From contig NC_086120.1 of NCBI RefSeq assembly GCF_963921235.1, positions 8,122,001 through 8,186,000 on the forward strand: DNA of 64,000 nucleotides, given 5' to 3'. The notes under the pieces were generated by a model. It did not search any database. It saw only the letters and a list, made by a program, of their open reading frames with translations, and was not told where the DNA came from. The DNA comes from Mobula hypostoma. Its lineage: Eukaryota. The position numbers and the translations under genes were made by a program. Of the stretch, positions 61,886 through 64,000 are shown piece by piece (the stretch's first letter is position 1; each line of letters starts with the position of its first letter).

Positions 61886-63421
61886 GGCCTCCGAGTTAGA
61901 ATTAGAATTAGAATTTTATTTCTTACATCCATTTCACAACATGAGGGGGTGAAAAAATCTTTATGTTGCATCCCTGTCACTATGTGAAGGCAATAAGGAA
62001 GGGAAAAGTGGGACGATATTGCCCAAACACTGAGATTGCATGCATAATTGTTTTGTATACATGTATGTACAGTCAGATATGTGATCAGATCAACGTGTAT
62101 TGATCAATCTAATGGCCTGTTAAAAGAAGCTGCTCTGGAGCCTATTAGTCCTGGTCTGAATGCTGCCGTACTTTTTGCCAGATGAAAGCAGCTGAAACAG
62201 TTTGTGGTTAGAGTGGCTCCATCCCCTGATGATCTTCTGGACCCTTTTTTATGCACCTGCTACAGTCAGTGTACTGAACAGAGGAAAGTTCACATCTACA
62301 GATGTACTGGGCTGTCTATACCACTCTGTGATTGAGGGCAGTACAGTTCCCGACCAGGCGCTGACACAGCCAGTCAGGATGACACGCACAGTCAAGATGC
62401 TCTCAATGGTGCCCCTGTAGAAAGTCCTGAGGATCTGAGGACACATGCCTACCTTCTTCAGCAGTCTGAGGTGAATGAGGCGCTGTTGTGCTGTTTCCAC
62501 AACACAGCCGTATGTACAGTCCAGGTGAGATCCTCAGTGGTACACCAAGGAATTTGACCTATTCACCCTCTAAAAATACAGTCCCATTGATATCAGTAAG
62601 GCCAAGGTTGTCTCCATTCCTCCTGTAATTTATGAGCAGCTTCTTTGTTTTTCTTGACATTGGGGGAGAGGCTGTTTTCTTGGCACTACTGCATCAGGGC
62701 ATTGACTTCTCCTCTGTAGGCTGCCCCAGCATTGTTGGAAATAAGGCTTGTCAATGTTGTGTCATCTGCACATTTGATCAGCAGATTGGAGCTGTGCAAG
62801 GCAACACAGTTATGGCTGTATAGTGTGTAGAGTAAGGGGCTCAGGATACAGCACTGGGGAGCCCCTGTGTTGAGGGTCAGAGGGTCAGAGGTGAGGGAGC
62901 TCATCCTTACCACCTGCCGGTGATTCAACATCAATACCAGGATCCAGCTGTACATGGCGGGGTGCAGACCGAGGTCTCTGAGCTTCTTGTTGAGCCTGGG
63001 GGGATTTATGTTGTTGAATGATGAACTGTAGTCTAAGGAAGCATTCTACATTGGCATCCCTCTTCTCCAGGTGAGTGAGGACAGTTTGTTGTGCTGTGGC
63101 TTTGGCATCATCTGTGGATTGGTTGTGTCAGGAAGCAAATTATAGAGCATCCAGTGTGGGTGGTAGCATGCTGCAGATGTAGTCCTTGACCAGCCGCTCA
63201 AAGCAATTTTTTTATGATTGAGGTGAGTGCGTCAGGACGCCAATCGTTCGACATGCTACCTTTCATTTTCTTTGGTACAGGGACAATGGTGGATGTTTTG
63301 AATTAAGAGGGCACTACACACTGGAAGAGGGAAAGTTAAAAATGTCTGTGAACACACCAGGCAGCTGTGCCAGGCACACTTTGAGTACTCGTCCTGGTAT
63401 GCCATCCAGCTAGCGGTTGTT
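61886..63421 (-). mobile_element. Rex1/Babar copy, inverted paralog of 40118-41468
   Basis: Same GAPQCC and IKCADDTT decays and the same tail/flank junction (gaggcctc...agaattagaatt). Confidence 0.88.
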
Positions 63422-64000
63422 CCCCTTCACTGGGTAAAGGTCCATATACATTCACAGTCTAGAGACCGCCATGACTTTTTCAGCTCTGTACAGTGACTTC
63501 TCAAACTGCTACGTTTGAAGGAATAAGGTCCCAGTCCTACACATGCTGTCCAAATAAACTGAAACCTGGTGACCCAGTTGCAGCTTTATACATCTTCTCT
63601 ACACTCTTTCTAATTTACTGATGTCTCTTCTATAACATGACGAGAAAAACTGTGCACAACACTTGAAGAGCAGTTTCAAAATCATCTTGCACCACTGCAG
63701 CGTAATGTTGCAACTCCCATACAGTGTCTTGACTAATTAAGGCCAGCGTGCCAAATGCTTTCAAACACCATCTTGTCCACCTGTAATGTCAACACTTCAC
63801 ACTTACCAGAGTTGAAAGTCTTTTGCCACAGTGAAAACCATGTACTACTGGTGCCACCAATCAGACTGCATGTTACTGGATTCCCTTGATGATGTTGGCC
63901 GGGATGTGTTCCGAGTTGAGGACGTCTCCAATTGGAAGTGGTCACAGGTTTCATCCGGAAGTGCATTGTGGACGTTGTTCCCCAAAAATCGCTGTGGGCC
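63422..64000. mobile_element. CR1 remnant (-) and Rex1 5' piece (+); 63610-64000 is a direct paralog of about 39245-39740
   Basis: gtctcttctataac..., cacagtgaaaaccatgtact, gttgaggacgtctcc shared in the same orientation. Confidence 0.8.

Noticed and set aside
63648-63660. AACTGTG|CACAAC resembling an RSS signal joint
   Set aside because: It lies in CR1-derived sequence, the heptamers are imperfect and there are no nonamers.

Overview
Vertebrate, repeat-dense DNA, most likely from a cartilaginous fish (shark or ray; inferred from the repeat landscape and the Ig organisation). Most of the window is decayed retroelements (CR1, Penelope-like, Rex1/Babar, RTE, L1, Gypsy, solo LTRs) plus a hAT/Buster relic. 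The only intact host gene I can support is an immunoglobulin light-chain mini-cluster at 8304-10181 (+). It has an octamer/TATA promoter, a leader exon, a single exon in which V and J are already fused in genomic DNA (no RSS), and a C exon; spliced, it gives a stop-free 242-aa chain with sigma-type motifs. A tandemly duplicated pseudogene copy (15999-17774) carries a V-J junction of the same length, so the joining looks inherited through the germline rather than somatic. There is also an inverted V fragment upstream and an orphan inverted C exon with an internal fold-back at about 44.1-44.5 kb. Segmental duplications and inversions link 3.2-4.0 kb with 58.0-58.8 kb and 39.2-41.8 kb with 61.5-64 kb. 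No rRNA, tRNA gene or CRISPR array was found. Repeat boundaries are approximate unless a TSD or splice site is quoted. All alignments were made by eye.
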